DNA of 64,000 nucleotides from Alphaproteobacteria bacterium (GTDB lineage: Bacteria > Pseudomonadota > Alphaproteobacteria > UBA828): NCBI GenBank assembly GCA_965220745.1, contig CBDCQT010000012.1, forward strand, positions 608,001 to 672,000, written 5' to 3'. Below the pieces are notes generated by a model. That model was given only the letters and a program-made list of their open reading frames with translations. It was not told the origin of the DNA and searched no databases. Both the position numbers and the translations under genes were made by a program. How positions within the stretch are numbered: position 1 is the stretch's first letter; every line of letters starts with the position of its first letter. Positions 47,309 through 58,865 of the stretch are shown here, one piece after another.

Positions 47309-47589
47309 CGTGCTCCGAAATCCCGCTTTCCTGGAATGCCTATGACCGGCCTCTTTGGGGCATCGCGCAGCGCGTTCGGGCGCCCGGACCAATCAGCCAT
47401 TGCTGTTGCTGGGCGCGCAATCTAGACCCAGCAGTAGCAAGAAGGTTCAAGAATTTGTCTTGCCGACAGGCGCACAACAACCGGGCTGAACATCAGGCGG
47501 AAAATGGGCCGTACCGGCATCAGCCTTTCATAGTCACCAGCGCAACCGCTCTCAGGTAAGGCAAGAGCGTTCCGTCTCGGGAGTATTCA

Positions 47590-47790
47590 ATGGAAAACGA
47601 TAACCTGATTCTTTTTCTGCTGCAGCGCTTCCCCGGATTGGACGATGAGGAACTTTCCAGACTGTCCGGGTTGATGCCGACCCGGCGCGTCAAGCGAGTC
47701 TGCCGCGATCTGGAAAACCGCCAGCTTCTGGAGCGCAGAGCCGGACATGAAGGCAAGATCGGAAACTATGTGCTCGGTTCCGAGTCGTAG
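47590..47790 (+). CDS. Small hypothetical protein, winged-HTH-like
   Basis: 66 aa IL.LLQRFPGLDDEELSRLSG..P.RRV..VCRDLE...LLER; GGGAG RBS upstream. Confidence 0.55.
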   Translation: MENDNLILFLLQRFPGLDDEELSRLSGLMPTRRVKRVCRDLENRQLLERRAGHEGKIGNYVLGSES

Positions 47791-48064
47791 TTCGTTTCGG
47801 TCAGGTTGAGCGCGGTGACCGGCGCGCGGGAAGCTATACGCTGCGTCACCGGTGTTCCGAGACAAAGTTCCCTTGGATGGCTGGCTCTATGAGCCATTCC
47901 ACGAGGTCGTGCGCCAGCGACATTGAGTACTCCCGACGGAGATTTTGCCACACGCGACCACGGCGGCTGGCGCTTCTTGGATTTCGCGCGCCTGCGCGGG
48001 CGCGCCGCTGAAGCGGCGGGCCACGGTCGCGGCTTGTCACGCATCCGTCAAAGACGGACGCGCT

Positions 48065-48943
48065 CTATCTAGAGGGACCGTCTGCCGGTGCGAGTGCGAC
48101 CCCGAGCCGCCCGGCGAGGTCCTGCACGAACTGCCAGGCCACACGGCCCGAGCGGGCGCCGCGGGTCATGCTCCACTCGATGGCTTCCGCGTGCAGGGTC
48201 TCGCGATCGACGGCGAGGCCGAAATGGTCGGCATAGCCCTCGACCATGGCGAAGAAGGTCGCCTGGTCGCAGGGGTGGAAGCCGAGCCAGAGCCCGAAGC
48301 GGTCCGAGAGCGAGACCGATTCCTCCACTGCTTCGCCGGGGTGGATCGCGGTCGAGCGCTCGTTGTCGATCATGTCGCGCGGCATCAGGTGGCGGCGGTT
48401 CGAAGTGGCGTAGAAGAGCACGTTGTCGGGCCGGCCGCTGATGCCGCCCTCCAGCGCTGCCTTGAGCGACTTGTAGGTGGTGTCCTCGGATTCGAAGGAG
48501 AGGTCGTCGCAGAAGAGCAGGCACTGGTGCGCGCAGCCGCGCAGGCGCCCGAGGAGGACCGGCAGAGAGGAAATCTCTTCCCGGTGAATCTCGATCAGCT
48601 TGAGGCCGCTTGCGGCGTCCGCCGCCACCACGCCGTGCACCGCCTTGATGAGCGAGCTCTTGCCCATGCCTCGTGCGCCCCAGAGCAGGGCGTTGTTGGC
48701 CGGCAGGCCGCGGGCGAAGCGTTGGGTGTTGTCGAGCAGGATGTCGCGCACCCGGTCGATGCCCTTGAGCAGCGAGAGCTCCAGACGGTTGATCCGGGGC
48801 ACGGCCTCGAGGCGGGCGCCGTCTGCGTGCCAGACGAAGCCGTCTGCCGCGTCCAGGCCCGCGTCCTCCACCCCGGCCGGTGAGAGACGCTCCAGCGCTT
48901 CCGCGACCCGCTTGAGCAGGGGCGCCAACTCCGTGTCCGACAT
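48065..48943 (-). CDS. AAA+ ATP-binding protein, DUF815 family
   Basis: PANNALLWGARGMGKSS, FCDDLSF, YATSNRRHLMP, SLSDRFGLWLGF, RSGRVAWQF. Confidence 0.92.
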   Translation of the reverse strand: MSDTELAPLLKRVAEALERLSPAGVEDAGLDAADGFVWHADGARLEAVPRINRLELSLLKGIDRVRDILLDNTQRFARGLPANNALLWGARGMGKSSLIKAVHGVVAADAASGLKLIEIHREEISSLPVLLGRLRGCAHQCLLFCDDLSFESEDTTYKSLKAALEGGISGRPDNVLFYATSNRRHLMPRDMIDNERSTAIHPGEAVEESVSLSDRFGLWLGFHPCDQATFFAMVEGYADHFGLAVDRETLHAEAIEWSMTRGARSGRVAWQFVQDLAGRLGVALAPADGPSR

Positions 48944-49020
48944 GGGTGCACCGGCTGGTTGAAAGGCGCGCGGACCCTAGCCCGCATGTCTCCCCAATGT
49001 CACGGCCTGCGTCGCGGCGC

Positions 49021-51870
49021 CTATCCCTCGGGCCCGACGAAGGCGCGGGTGATCTCGACGGCCTCGGCGAGGCCGACGCGCTCCACCGCGACGCCGGGGG
49101 GGAAGGCGCCCTTGAGCCGGCTCGGCAGCGCGGGGTCGAGCAGGACGAAGACACCGCGATCGTCCGCCCGCCGCACCAGCCGGCCGTAGGCCTGCCGGAG
49201 CCGCCCGCGCGTGAGCCGGTCGTCGTAGCGGCCGCCGCCGAAGACCCGCCGGCGCGCCTTGTGCAGGATGTCGGGGCGGGGCCACGGCACCCGGTCGAAG
49301 ACGATGAGGCGCAAGCTCCGCCCCGGCACGTCGATGCCGTCCCGCATCGCGTCGGTGCCGAGCAGGCAGGCGTCGGTCTCGCTGCGGAAGATGTCGACCA
49401 GCGTGGTCGGGTCGAGCGGGTCCACGTGCTGCGCCCATAGCTGCAAGCCCGCTTCGTCCAGCGCGCCCGCGATGCGCTCGTGTACCCCGCGCAGCCGCGC
49501 GATCGCGGTGAAGAGGCCGAGCGCGCCGCCGCCGGCAGCCGTGAAGAGCGCGCGGTAGGCCGCCGCGACCCGGTCGGGCGCGCCGCGGCACACGTCGGTC
49601 ACCACGAGCACGCGGGTCTGCGCGCCGTAGTCGAAGGGGGAGGGGAGGGCGGCACGGATCGCCGGGGCCTTCAGGTGACGCCCGCCCGTGGTCGCCTCGG
49701 CCGCGGCCCAGTCGTGCTCCGGATCGCCGCTGCCGTCCCGCAGCGTCGCCGAGGTAATGAGCGCGCCGTGGGAGCGGCCCGTGACGAAGGCGGCGAAGGG
49801 GATCGTCGGGTCCACGTGGTGGCGGTGCATGCCGACATCGACATCGCGCCCGTCGATGCGGGAGATCGCGAACCAGTCGACGAAGCCCGTGGCGGCAGTG
49901 TCCTCGTCGTCCTGCGACCGCTCCTCGTCGGCGACCGGGGCGGCCGTTATGTCCCCGAGCATGGCGCGCCAGGAATCGAGCTGCTCGCCCACCCGGCGCT
50001 CGATGCCGCGCACCACGGCCTCGATGCGCTGGCGCTCGGCGGTTTCCAGACTCTCGGCCTCGGCATCGAGATGCGCTGCGAGTGCCACCGCGAGCCGCCC
50101 GAGGGGCCGGGCGATTCCCTCGAGCGCCGTCTCCAGCGCCGCCGCGGCGTCGGCGATGCCGGGAATGAGCGGCTGCACCGGCGCCTCGATGCTGTAGCCG
50201 CTCCGGGGCTCCGGCGCGCGCGCCATGACCTGCTCCCGCACCAGCGCGAGGAAGCGCTCGCACGGCCCCTGCGCCGAGCCCGAAGCGAGCCGCTGGTGCC
50301 ACTCGTTGCCGGGCAGCGCGTGCGCGGCTTTCAAGGCATCATCGAGGGTCTCGCGCGCCGCCTCGCGGTCCGCGATCAGGTCCTCGATCCGGCTGCGCAA
50401 GCCCCGCGCGCGACCTCCGTCGCCGCGGCCTCGCGATTCCGGCCCGAGCAACCAGCGCCTCAGCTCCAGCGCCTCTTTGCCGGAGAGGTGGGCGGAGAAG
50501 GCGCTGTCCGCCGCGTCGAAGAGGTGGTGCCCCTCGTCGAGCACGTAGCGAGTGGGCACGCTCCGCTCGTCGCCGGTGCCGAAGACCGCGCGTGCCGCCT
50601 GCACCATGAGCAGCGCGTGATTGGCGATCACCATGTCCGCCCGCCGCGCCTTGCGCTGGCTCTTCTCGATGAAGCAGCGGCGGTAATGGGTGCAGGCGCT
50701 GTGGATGCACTCGCCGCGCCGGTCCGCGAGGCCCAGGGTGCGGCCGTAGCCGAGCAGGTCCGCGAGCCAGGCCGGCAGGTCGCCGCCGGTGATGTCGCCG
50801 TCCCGCGTCGCCGCTGCCCAGCGCGCCATGAGACCGAGCGCGATGCGGTCCCCCGTCATCAGCGCGCTGCGGCCGAGCGCTTCCTCCATGTTGAGCAGGC
50901 AGAGGTAGTTCTCGCGGCCTTTGCGCAGCACCACCTTCTCCGCCTTGACCTTGGGCTCCGGGTAAAGCCGGTCGAGCTCCTGGTCGATCTGGCGCTGGAG
51001 GTTGCGGGTGAAGGTGGAGAGCCAGACTGTGCCCTCGTTGCGCTCGGCCCAGAGGCTCGCCGGCGCGATGTAGCCGAGGGTCTTGCCGACTCCGGTGCCG
51101 GCCTCCGCCAGCACCACGTGGGGCTCCTCCTCCGCCTTGATGGGATCGAAGGCGGCGCAGGCGGCGGAGGCGTAGTCCGCCTGCTCGGGCCGGGGCTCCG
51201 CGCCCTCGCCCAGCAGGTGCGCGAGGCGCTGCCGCGCGGCTGCGGTGGGCACCGGGTCGTGGCCGGGCGCCGGTGGCGGTGCGCTCTCCTGCCATTCCTT
51301 GAGCCGGGTCCAGACCGCGAGCGCGCCACCATCGCCGGTGCGGCCCGCGGCCGGCGCCGAGCGGCCGCCTGCCGCCAGCGCCGCCACCACCGCATCGCCC
51401 CAGAGCCAGCCGGCGCGGGCCATGACGCGCGCGATGGCGGGCGCGTCTTTCTCGCCCGTGAGGCCCGGTGCTGCGAGGGTAGCGAGGAGGGTCTCGGCGG
51501 CCTTGAGCAGCGTCGATGCCTCGTCCTCGATGCTCGCGGGCAGCGCAAGCCCGAGCGCGCGCGCGAGCCCCCGCACCGTCGGCACCGCCTGCCGCGCCGG
51601 ATACACGAAGGCGAAGAGCTCCAGAACGTCGAGCGCCGCGAGCGTGTGCAGGCCGAGCCGGCGCGCGGTCGCCTTGGCGTGGCAGACGTAGGGCGGGCGG
51701 CCGTCGGCGGCCAGCCGTTCCGCGGCCTCGCCGTGGGAGAGCCGTGCGAGCGCGCCGTGCTCGTCCAGCCACGCCGCGTGGCGCGGCGCCACCGCGAGCA
51801 CCGGCGCGCGCGGCAGCAGCGGTGCAGACGGCGGTGTAGAAGGCTCGCGTGACTCGAGGGGCGCTGGCAT
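49021..51870 (-). CDS. ATP-dependent DNA helicase, DinG family
   Basis: [18 protein letters not shown], Fe-S cysteines, [23 protein letters not shown]. Confidence 0.9.
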   Translation of the reverse strand: MPAPLESREPSTPPSAPLLPRAPVLAVAPRHAAWLDEHGALARLSHGEAAERLAADGRPPYVCHAKATARRLGLHTLAALDVLELFAFVYPARQAVPTVRGLARALGLALPASIEDEASTLLKAAETLLATLAAPGLTGEKDAPAIARVMARAGWLWGDAVVAALAAGGRSAPAAGRTGDGGALAVWTRLKEWQESAPPPAPGHDPVPTAAARQRLAHLLGEGAEPRPEQADYASAACAAFDPIKAEEEPHVVLAEAGTGVGKTLGYIAPASLWAERNEGTVWLSTFTRNLQRQIDQELDRLYPEPKVKAEKVVLRKGRENYLCLLNMEEALGRSALMTGDRIALGLMARWAAATRDGDITGGDLPAWLADLLGYGRTLGLADRRGECIHSACTHYRRCFIEKSQRKARRADMVIANHALLMVQAARAVFGTGDERSVPTRYVLDEGHHLFDAADSAFSAHLSGKEALELRRWLLGPESRGRGDGGRARGLRSRIEDLIADREAARETLDDALKAAHALPGNEWHQRLASGSAQGPCERFLALVREQVMARAPEPRSGYSIEAPVQPLIPGIADAAAALETALEGIARPLGRLAVALAAHLDAEAESLETAERQRIEAVVRGIERRVGEQLDSWRAMLGDITAAPVADEERSQDDEDTAATGFVDWFAISRIDGRDVDVGMHRHHVDPTIPFAAFVTGRSHGALITSATLRDGSGDPEHDWAAAEATTGGRHLKAPAIRAALPSPFDYGAQTRVLVVTDVCRGAPDRVAAAYRALFTAAGGGALGLFTAIARLRGVHERIAGALDEAGLQLWAQHVDPLDPTTLVDIFRSETDACLLGTDAMRDGIDVPGRSLRLIVFDRVPWPRPDILHKARRRVFGGGRYDDRLTRGRLRQAYGRLVRRADDRGVFVLLDPALPSRLKGAFPPGVAVERVGLAEAVEITRAFVGPEG

Positions 51871-51941
51871 CGGACGGGAGTATAGCGGTTGACGCGCGGC
51901 GGCGGCCCGGCGCATGTTCCGCCGGCTTTCGGACCCGGACG

Positions 51942-53537
51942 ATGAACGAAACCTCTCACGACCTGCGGGCGCTGGCTCAGAACGCCAAGGCCTGGCCTTT
52001 CAAGGAGGCCGCGGCGCTCCTGAAGCGCATCGGCGGCACGACGCCGGCGAAGGGCTATGCGCTGTTCGAGACCGGCTACGGCCCCTCGGGCCTACCCCAT
52101 ATCGGCACCTTCGCCGAGGTCGCGCGCACGACCATGGTGCGCCACGCCTTTGCCACGCTTTGCGACATTCCGACGCGCCTCGTGGCCTTCTCGGACGACA
52201 TGGACGCGCTGCGCAAGGTGCCGGACAACATTCCCGAACGCGCGATGGTCGAGCAGCACCTGGGCAAGCCGCTGACCCAGATTCCCGACCCCTTCGGCAC
52301 GCACGAGAGTTTCGGGGCGCACAACAACGCGCGGCTGCGGGCCTTCCTCGACGACTTCGGCTTCGACTACAGCTTCAAGAGCTCGAGCGAGGCTTACCGG
52401 TCAGGCGAGTTCGACGGCGCGCTCATGGACGTGCTGCGTCACTACGACGAGATCATGCGGATCATCCTGCCGACGCTGGGCGCCGAGCGGCAGGCGACCT
52501 ACAGCCCCTTCCTGCCGCTCTGCCCCAAGACCGGCCGCGTGCTGCAGGTGCCGATCACGGCCCGTGACGAGGACGCTGGCACCGTGAGCTACGTGGACGA
52601 GGACGGCGAGACCATGACGGTCCCGGTCACGGGCGGTCGTTGCAAGCTGCAGTGGAAGGCGGACTGGGCCATGCGCTGGCATGCGCTTGGCGTCGATTAC
52701 GAGATGGCGGGGAAGGACCTGATCAGCTCGGTCGAGCTTTCGGGCAAGATCTGCCGCGCGCTGGGCTCCAGGCCGCCCGCCGGCTTCATCTACGAGCTCT
52801 TCCTCGACGAGAACGGCGAGAAGATCTCGAAGTCGCGCGGCAACGGGCTCACGATCGAGGAGTGGCTTACCTACGGGCCGCGCGATTCGCTCTCGCTCTA
52901 CATGTACAACGCGCCGAGGCGGGCCAAGCGGCTCTACTTCGACGTGATCCCACGCCATGTCGACGATTACCTGACCCATCTCGCGAAGTACCCGGCGCAG
53001 GGGGAGACCGAGCGGCTGGAGAGCCCGGCCTGGCACATTCACGCGGGCCACCCGCCCGCGCCCGAGACCGGATTGAGCTACGGCATCCTTCTGAACCTCG
53101 CGAGCGTCTGCAACACCGAGGACCCGGCCGTCCTCTGGGGCTTCATCGCCCGCTACGTGCCTGGTGCCTCACCGGAGACCGCGCCCATCCTCGATGAGCT
53201 GGTGGGCCACGCCATCTGCTACTACCGTGATCGGGTGAAGCCGACGAAGGCGTATCGGGCGCCACTGGCGGAGGAGCGGGCGGCGCTCGACGACCTGCGT
53301 ACCGTGCTGGCCGCGCTGCCGGCGGACGCGAGCGCCGAGGACATCCAGACCGAGGTCTACGAGGTGGGCAAGCGCCACCCGTTCGAATCCCTGCGCGAGT
53401 GGTTCCGTGCGCTCTACGAGATCCTCCTGGGCCAGAGCCAGGGCCCGCGCATGGGCTCGTTCATCGCGCTCTACGGGCTCGCGGAGACGGTCGTGCTGAT
53501 TGACCGCGCGTTGGCTGGCGAGGACCTGGCTGCGTAG
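51942..53537 (+). CDS. lysK: Lysine--tRNA ligase, class I
   Basis: [38 protein letters not shown]. Confidence 0.95.
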   Translation: MNETSHDLRALAQNAKAWPFKEAAALLKRIGGTTPAKGYALFETGYGPSGLPHIGTFAEVARTTMVRHAFATLCDIPTRLVAFSDDMDALRKVPDNIPERAMVEQHLGKPLTQIPDPFGTHESFGAHNNARLRAFLDDFGFDYSFKSSSEAYRSGEFDGALMDVLRHYDEIMRIILPTLGAERQATYSPFLPLCPKTGRVLQVPITARDEDAGTVSYVDEDGETMTVPVTGGRCKLQWKADWAMRWHALGVDYEMAGKDLISSVELSGKICRALGSRPPAGFIYELFLDENGEKISKSRGNGLTIEEWLTYGPRDSLSLYMYNAPRRAKRLYFDVIPRHVDDYLTHLAKYPAQGETERLESPAWHIHAGHPPAPETGLSYGILLNLASVCNTEDPAVLWGFIARYVPGASPETAPILDELVGHAICYYRDRVKPTKAYRAPLAEERAALDDLRTVLAALPADASAEDIQTEVYEVGKRHPFESLREWFRALYEILLGQSQGPRMGSFIALYGLAETVVLIDRALAGEDLAA

Positions 53538-53821
53538 CAGGGGCGATCCCGAAGCGCCGCGCCGCCGCCTCCGCGACATCCCAAGCGTCCCTTCGACCTC
53601 GACCTCCCTGTTGGGGCTAGGTGAGAATAGAGCCACTCCAACTCTTCCTCTTTCAAACATCTAACCTGATTTAGGCTGCTCATTGCGGCAAATGAACCGG
53701 CATGATTTGCAAAATATAATCTGGAGATCGATGCGGTATAGTGCTATATTAATTGGCTGCGACTGACACCACGACACTCGTTGTTTTGCGTTAATGTAGG
53801 TCTATCGCAAGATCATGGTAA

Positions 53822-55096
53822 ATGCCCGGTATATCTAAATTCACTCGCCCAGCGTTCGGAAAACGCATTGCCATACTGGCACCCAGCCTAGCTGGGCAAG
53901 GAGCCGAGAGGAAGGCACTGTGTATCGGAGCCGGGCTGCTTGAGCGAGGCCACAAAGTCGATCTTCTCCTCTATCGACTCGTTTGCCACTATCCTGAAGA
54001 AGTACCGGATGGGATGCGCATTTACTATGCTTCAGGCCGAAATGACAGTAGAACGCGTTTGAATCTGGACCGAGTCACTGCGATTCACCAGCCTTTCGTG
54101 CCCGATCCTCTTCCTTGGCGCATTCGCCTTCCGCGTCTGGGAACGGTGAACCGTCTGTCGCGCAAGCACTTGCCGCTGCTCACGAGTACGAGACTTCCTC
54201 GATGGGCCGTTTGCATCGCCGCATACATGGATCGAAAGAAACCGGACGCGCTTCTGGCCATGCATGTTCTCGCGACTACAGCGGCAGCAATGGCAACGCA
54301 TCTCACTTCCCACAGGGCGAAAACGGTAGCCACATTGCACGGGCCGTTAACGCGTCGGCTTCTGCATCGAGCACGCCGCTCGTATCCCTACGCGGATGAG
54401 GTTGTTGGAGTGTCTCATGGTATAACGAGCGAGTTTTCCAAAGTCCCAAACTTGTCAGGTGGTCGGGTTCACACCGTCTATAATCCCATTGACATCGGCT
54501 ATATCAAACGGAAATCAAGAGAGCCAGTCAACCATTGTTGGCTTGTTAATCCTAACTGTCCAGTCATATTGGCCATCGGTAAGTTGATTAAGAGGAAGGA
54601 TTTTGTCACTCTTCTTCGCGCCTTCGCGCGTCTCGTGTCCAAGCGGAAGGCGCGATTGATCGTTCTTGGAGAAGGTCGTTTTCGGTCAAGCCTGCATTCG
54701 TTGGCAAATAGACTTAGCGTGGCTGAACATGTTGACTTTCCGGGGTTCGCAGAAAATCCTTTCGCCTTTCTCGCAAAAGCCGATTTATTCGTACTCTCAT
54801 CCCGAAACGAGGGGCTTCCTACCGTTCTCATCGAAGCGATGGTTTGCGGATGCCCGGTCGTCAGCACGGACTGTGACTTTGGGCCTCGGGAAATTCTGGA
54901 AGACGGCCGCCAAGGGCCTCTGGTACCCGTGGGAGAGCCGGAGGCACTTGCAGGCGCCATGCTCTCCGTTCTGGACAACCCGCCGCGGCGCGAGGCGCTG
55001 CAGACTCGAGCGGAATTCTTCAACGCCGCTCGGGCAGTAGACCGGTACGAAGAGCTGCTGTTGGGTGAGGAACGCTGGGTAGAACAGCGAGCGTGA
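53822..55096 (+). CDS. Glycosyltransferase family 4 (AT-richer DNA)
   Basis: GQGAER, VYNP, GKL..RKDF..LL.AF, FVLSSRNEGLPTVLIEAM.CGCPVVSTDC..GP.EIL. Confidence 0.9.
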   Translation: MPGISKFTRPAFGKRIAILAPSLAGQGAERKALCIGAGLLERGHKVDLLLYRLVCHYPEEVPDGMRIYYASGRNDSRTRLNLDRVTAIHQPFVPDPLPWRIRLPRLGTVNRLSRKHLPLLTSTRLPRWAVCIAAYMDRKKPDALLAMHVLATTAAAMATHLTSHRAKTVATLHGPLTRRLLHRARRSYPYADEVVGVSHGITSEFSKVPNLSGGRVHTVYNPIDIGYIKRKSREPVNHCWLVNPNCPVILAIGKLIKRKDFVTLLRAFARLVSKRKARLIVLGEGRFRSSLHSLANRLSVAEHVDFPGFAENPFAFLAKADLFVLSSRNEGLPTVLIEAMVCGCPVVSTDCDFGPREILEDGRQGPLVPVGEPEALAGAMLSVLDNPPRREALQTRAEFFNAARAVDRYEELLLGEERWVEQRA

Positions 55097-55177
55097 ACCT
55101 CGCGAGATGGGAGGCCTCCTCGTCCGTCATTGGGTCGATCCGTTTGAGGTTCTGAATTTAGCTCGTAAGTAAAGTGT

Positions 55178-56230
55178 ATGGTCCAGATTTCCGATATCCA
55201 TGTTGTTGCGCCACACTTCAAGCGCCGGTACTCGGGCGTGACCAGCACGATCATTCAGTTAATCCCCAAACAGGCAGAAAAAGTCGGAATTGCCACGCTA
55301 GGGCCGGGCTTGCCCAACGGCCTTCCCAAGATCGCTTGGTGGCAGATGCCCTTGCTCCTTAAGCGACCGCGCCAGCGCCCCCTCCGCATTTGGCACGCCC
55401 GGCGAAATAACGAGATGCTGATTGGGTTGTTCCTGAAAGCCGCGTTTCGAGCGCCGTTGACGCTCGTTTTCACCTCTGCCGCGCAGCGTTCGCGCAGTTG
55501 GTTCAGCCGGTTCCTGATATCGCGAATGGACTCTGTTATTGCAACCAGCGGTCCATCTGGGCAAACCTTGACGGTACCCCACACCGTTGTAATGCATGGA
55601 GTGGATTGTGCGCGATTTCGCCCGCCCATGGGCCCGGACGATCAGTGGGAACGCAGCGGATTGCCAGGTCGGTATGCAATCGGGTGTTTTGGCCGTATCC
55701 GATATCTGAAAGGAACCGATCTATTCGTCGATGCGATGGTGCATCTGTTGCCAGACTATCCGGACTGGACCGCTGTAGTGGCGGGAAGAGTGACTTGTCA
55801 TAACCGTTACTTCTATGAAACATTACTGCGTCGCATTGTGCGTGAAGACTTGGAGAGGCGGATCGTATTTCTGGGAGAAGTATCTAATGCAAATCTTTGG
55901 TTTCGGCGGCTGACGTTACATGTTTCACCTTCGCGATATGAGGGTTTCGGACTGACCCCGCTCGAGGCCATGGCCTCTCAAACCGCGGTCGTGGCGAGCG
56001 ACGCCGGGTCGTATCCGGAAATGATCGTGGAGGGTGTAACAGGGGCTGTCGTATCAGCCGGGGACGGCGATGCACTCGTCGAGGCAATCAGACGCTATAT
56101 GGCAGATCCTGAGCTTGCGGCCGTACATGGACGCAACGGTCGCAAACATGTGTGTGAGAACTTCCCTGTCGAGAAGGAAATGAGCGGCATTAACGCCGTT
56201 TACGATCGGATTTGGCGAGACAGCAAATGA
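55178..56230 (+). CDS. LPS core glycosyltransferase family 4, LpcC/LpsB/WadC-like
   Basis: FKRRYSGVTSTI, IWHARRNNEM, FTSAAQR, FGRIR..KGTDLFV, EGFGLTPLEAMAS. Confidence 0.85.
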   Translation: MVQISDIHVVAPHFKRRYSGVTSTIIQLIPKQAEKVGIATLGPGLPNGLPKIAWWQMPLLLKRPRQRPLRIWHARRNNEMLIGLFLKAAFRAPLTLVFTSAAQRSRSWFSRFLISRMDSVIATSGPSGQTLTVPHTVVMHGVDCARFRPPMGPDDQWERSGLPGRYAIGCFGRIRYLKGTDLFVDAMVHLLPDYPDWTAVVAGRVTCHNRYFYETLLRRIVREDLERRIVFLGEVSNANLWFRRLTLHVSPSRYEGFGLTPLEAMASQTAVVASDAGSYPEMIVEGVTGAVVSAGDGDALVEAIRRYMADPELAAVHGRNGRKHVCENFPVEKEMSGINAVYDRIWRDSK

Positions 56231-56420
56231 GCTTCGTAAGGTGCCCCCGTCGGCAAAGGCTGACCGTTTCCCGCATTTGCCAGAGTTCCGCTCATGGTCA
56301 TCGTCTGGCGAGGGGGGCGAGAGCCCCGCCTGGCACGTTTTCTGCCACGAAGGATCGACGGACTTCGTCGATCTCTCATCATTAATTTCGTCACGGAGGA
56401 ATGGCGTAACCGTCACGCGT

Positions 56421-57386
56421 GTGCTTGTCCCAACAAACCCGTCGGTTAGAACCGTCTGGGCTGTGACCACCGGTGAAGCCGGCAAGGTGTCTCAGGCGGA
56501 GGGGTTGGCCGAGGCGCTCGGCTGGCCGTTCGAGAGCATCGTCGTCCGGCTGCGCCGGCCCTGGTCGTGGTCGCCGGCACATCGGCAGCCACCGGGCCTC
56601 CTGCGCTTCGGGGTGGAGGGAAACCTCCCGCAGCTCTGGCCCGACCTGCTGATCAGCTGTGGCCGGCGTAGTGTCCCGGTTGCGGCCGCGGTAAGGCGCG
56701 CCGCCAGCGGGCGAACCTTCGCCGTGCACATCCAGAATCCGCGAACGCCTCTCCCTTGTTTCGACCTGATTGTGCCGCTGGCGCATGACGGGCTCGCCGG
56801 GCCCAACGTGGTGGCGACGCAGGCCGCGCTGCACCGTATAACGCCCGAGAAGCTCGCGTCGGCCGGCGCGGAATGGCAGGAACGGCTCGGCAATCTTAAC
56901 GTCGCGGTGCTGCTCGGCGGCCGCTCGCGGTCATATCGCTTCACGCGGGAGACAATCGACAAGCTGGCGGGCGAACTCGCAAGCCTTCATGGGGAAATCG
57001 CGGTGACGGCATCGCGGCGGACGGACCCCGGATTGGTCGATGCGCTCAAGGCCCGTGTGCCGCGGGCCTGGTTCTGGGACGGCACCGGTCCCAACCCCTA
57101 TCTGGGCATGTTGGCGCTGGCCCGCCACATCGTGGTCACGGAGGACTCGGTCTCCATGATCAGCGAGGCCATATCGACGGGGAAGCCCGTCTACGTTGCC
57201 GGGATGGCGGGCGGCAGCCGCCGGCTCGCGCACTTCCACGCCTCGCTCAGGGAAGCTGGCATCGTCCGCCCCTTCGACGGCCGGCTCGCCGAGTGGCGTT
57301 ACGAGCCGATCAACGAGACGCCGCGCATCGCCGCGGAAGTGCTCTGGCGGATGGAGGCCGCTTCAGCCGCCGCGCCGTCCCCCTAG
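56421..57386 (+). CDS. ELM1 (mitochondrial fission ELM1-like) family protein
   Basis: G..SQAEGLAEALG, WPDLLISCGRR, FDLIV..HD, TASRRT, NPYLG.L, VTEDSVSMISEA..TGKPV; start codon uncertain. Confidence 0.85.
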   Translation: MLVPTNPSVRTVWAVTTGEAGKVSQAEGLAEALGWPFESIVVRLRRPWSWSPAHRQPPGLLRFGVEGNLPQLWPDLLISCGRRSVPVAAAVRRAASGRTFAVHIQNPRTPLPCFDLIVPLAHDGLAGPNVVATQAALHRITPEKLASAGAEWQERLGNLNVAVLLGGRSRSYRFTRETIDKLAGELASLHGEIAVTASRRTDPGLVDALKARVPRAWFWDGTGPNPYLGMLALARHIVVTEDSVSMISEAISTGKPVYVAGMAGGSRRLAHFHASLREAGIVRPFDGRLAEWRYEPINETPRIAAEVLWRMEAASAAAPSP

Positions 57387-57497
57387 ACCTGTCACCGGGG
57401 TATGCCTCTCTCGCAGGGTTTGGGAAGGTCTGCTACTGTCCCCGCCAACCGTTGTGTACGGCTGTGTACGGCGATTTCCGGGAGAGGAGACCAGTCA

Positions 57498-58808
57498 ATG
57501 ACAACCAAGAGCAGCGCGGCGGAGAGGGCCGGCCGCACCCGTCGAGAAATCCTGAAGGCTGGCGCCGCCGGCGCCGTCGGGACCGCCGCGCTCAGCGCTG
57601 GCTTTCCCTCCATCGTCCGCGCTGCGGACACGGTGCGGATCGGCTACGTCAGCCCCAAGACCGGGCCGCTCGCGCCCTTCGCCGTTTCCGACGAGTTCAA
57701 CGTCGCCACAGTGCTGGAGGCCATCGGCGGCAAGGTCGAGTCCGGCGGCAAGAGCCTCGATGTCGAGATCATCGTCAAAGACAGCCAGTCGAACCCGAAC
57801 CGCGCGGCGGAGGTGGCGAGCGAGCTGATCCTCTCCGACGAGGTGCACCTGCTCTGCGCCGGCAACACGCCGGAGACCACCAATCCGGTCGCAGACCAGG
57901 CCGAGATCAACGAGGTCCCCTGCGTCACCACGCTCTGCCCGTGGCAGCCCTACTTCTTCGGGCGCGGCGGCAATCCGGCGGAGGGCTTCCAGTGGACCTA
58001 CCACTACTTCTGGGGGCTGGAGGACGTGATCGCGGTCTTCCTCAACCTCTGGGCCAAGATCGAGACCAACAAGGTTGTCGGCGGGCTGTTCCCCAACGAC
58101 GGCGACGGCAATGCCTGGGGCCATCCCGAGCTGGGCTTCCCCAAGCCGCTCGCGGCCGCCGGCTATACCCTGATCGATCCGGGCCGCTATCAGAACCTCT
58201 CCGACGACTTCTCGGCCCACATTTCCGAGTTCAAGGAAAACGGCGTCGAGATCGTTACCGGCGTCGTACTGCCGCCGGACTTCACCACCTTCTGGACTCA
58301 GGCCGCGCAGCAGGGTTTCCGGCCCAAGGCGGCGACCGTGGGCAAGGCGCTGCTCTTCCCCGAGGCGATCGGGGCACTCGGCGACGCCGGGCACAACCTG
58401 AGCTCCGAGATCTGGTGGAGCCCCTCGCACCCCTTCACGTCGAGCATCACCGGCCAGAGCTGCGGCGAGCTCGCCGCCGCCTTCACCGCCGCCACCGGCA
58501 AGCAGTGGAGCCAGCCAGTGGGCTACGGCCACTCGATCTTCGAGGTCGCCCTCGACGTCGTGAGCCGGGCCGAGGATGTCAACGACACCGAGGCCATGCT
58601 GGCGTCCATCGTCGCCACCAACGTCTCGACGATCGCAGGCCCGGTCTCGTGGGGCTCGGGCCCGGTGAAGAACGTCGCAAAGATGCCGCTGGTGGGCGGC
58701 CAATGGCGGCGCACGCCGGACGGCCCCTTCGACCATGATCTCATCGTCACATCCAACGAGACGGCGCCGGACGTCCCTGTCGGCGGCGATATGGAAGTCA
58801 TCGGCTAG
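57498..58808 (+). CDS. ABC transporter substrate-binding protein (Liv/HAAT family), Tat signal
   Basis: TRREILK twin-arginine, [32 protein letters not shown]. Confidence 0.9.
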   Translation: MTTKSSAAERAGRTRREILKAGAAGAVGTAALSAGFPSIVRAADTVRIGYVSPKTGPLAPFAVSDEFNVATVLEAIGGKVESGGKSLDVEIIVKDSQSNPNRAAEVASELILSDEVHLLCAGNTPETTNPVADQAEINEVPCVTTLCPWQPYFFGRGGNPAEGFQWTYHYFWGLEDVIAVFLNLWAKIETNKVVGGLFPNDGDGNAWGHPELGFPKPLAAAGYTLIDPGRYQNLSDDFSAHISEFKENGVEIVTGVVLPPDFTTFWTQAAQQGFRPKAATVGKALLFPEAIGALGDAGHNLSSEIWWSPSHPFTSSITGQSCGELAAAFTAATGKQWSQPVGYGHSIFEVALDVVSRAEDVNDTEAMLASIVATNVSTIAGPVSWGSGPVKNVAKMPLVGGQWRRTPDGPFDHDLIVTSNETAPDVPVGGDMEVIG

Positions 58809-58865
58809 GAGGGAGCAAGACCTGCGGACGGCGCCCCCGGCGCCGCTCCGCAGGCGCGTGCCGGC

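Noticed and set aside
47766-48060. Short ORFs and small hairpins before the DUF815 gene end
   Set aside because: No recognisable motif or RNA family; stems short enough to be chance
48977-51959. Long overlapping ORFs over the DinG helicase
   Set aside because: Alternative-frame artefacts of high GC
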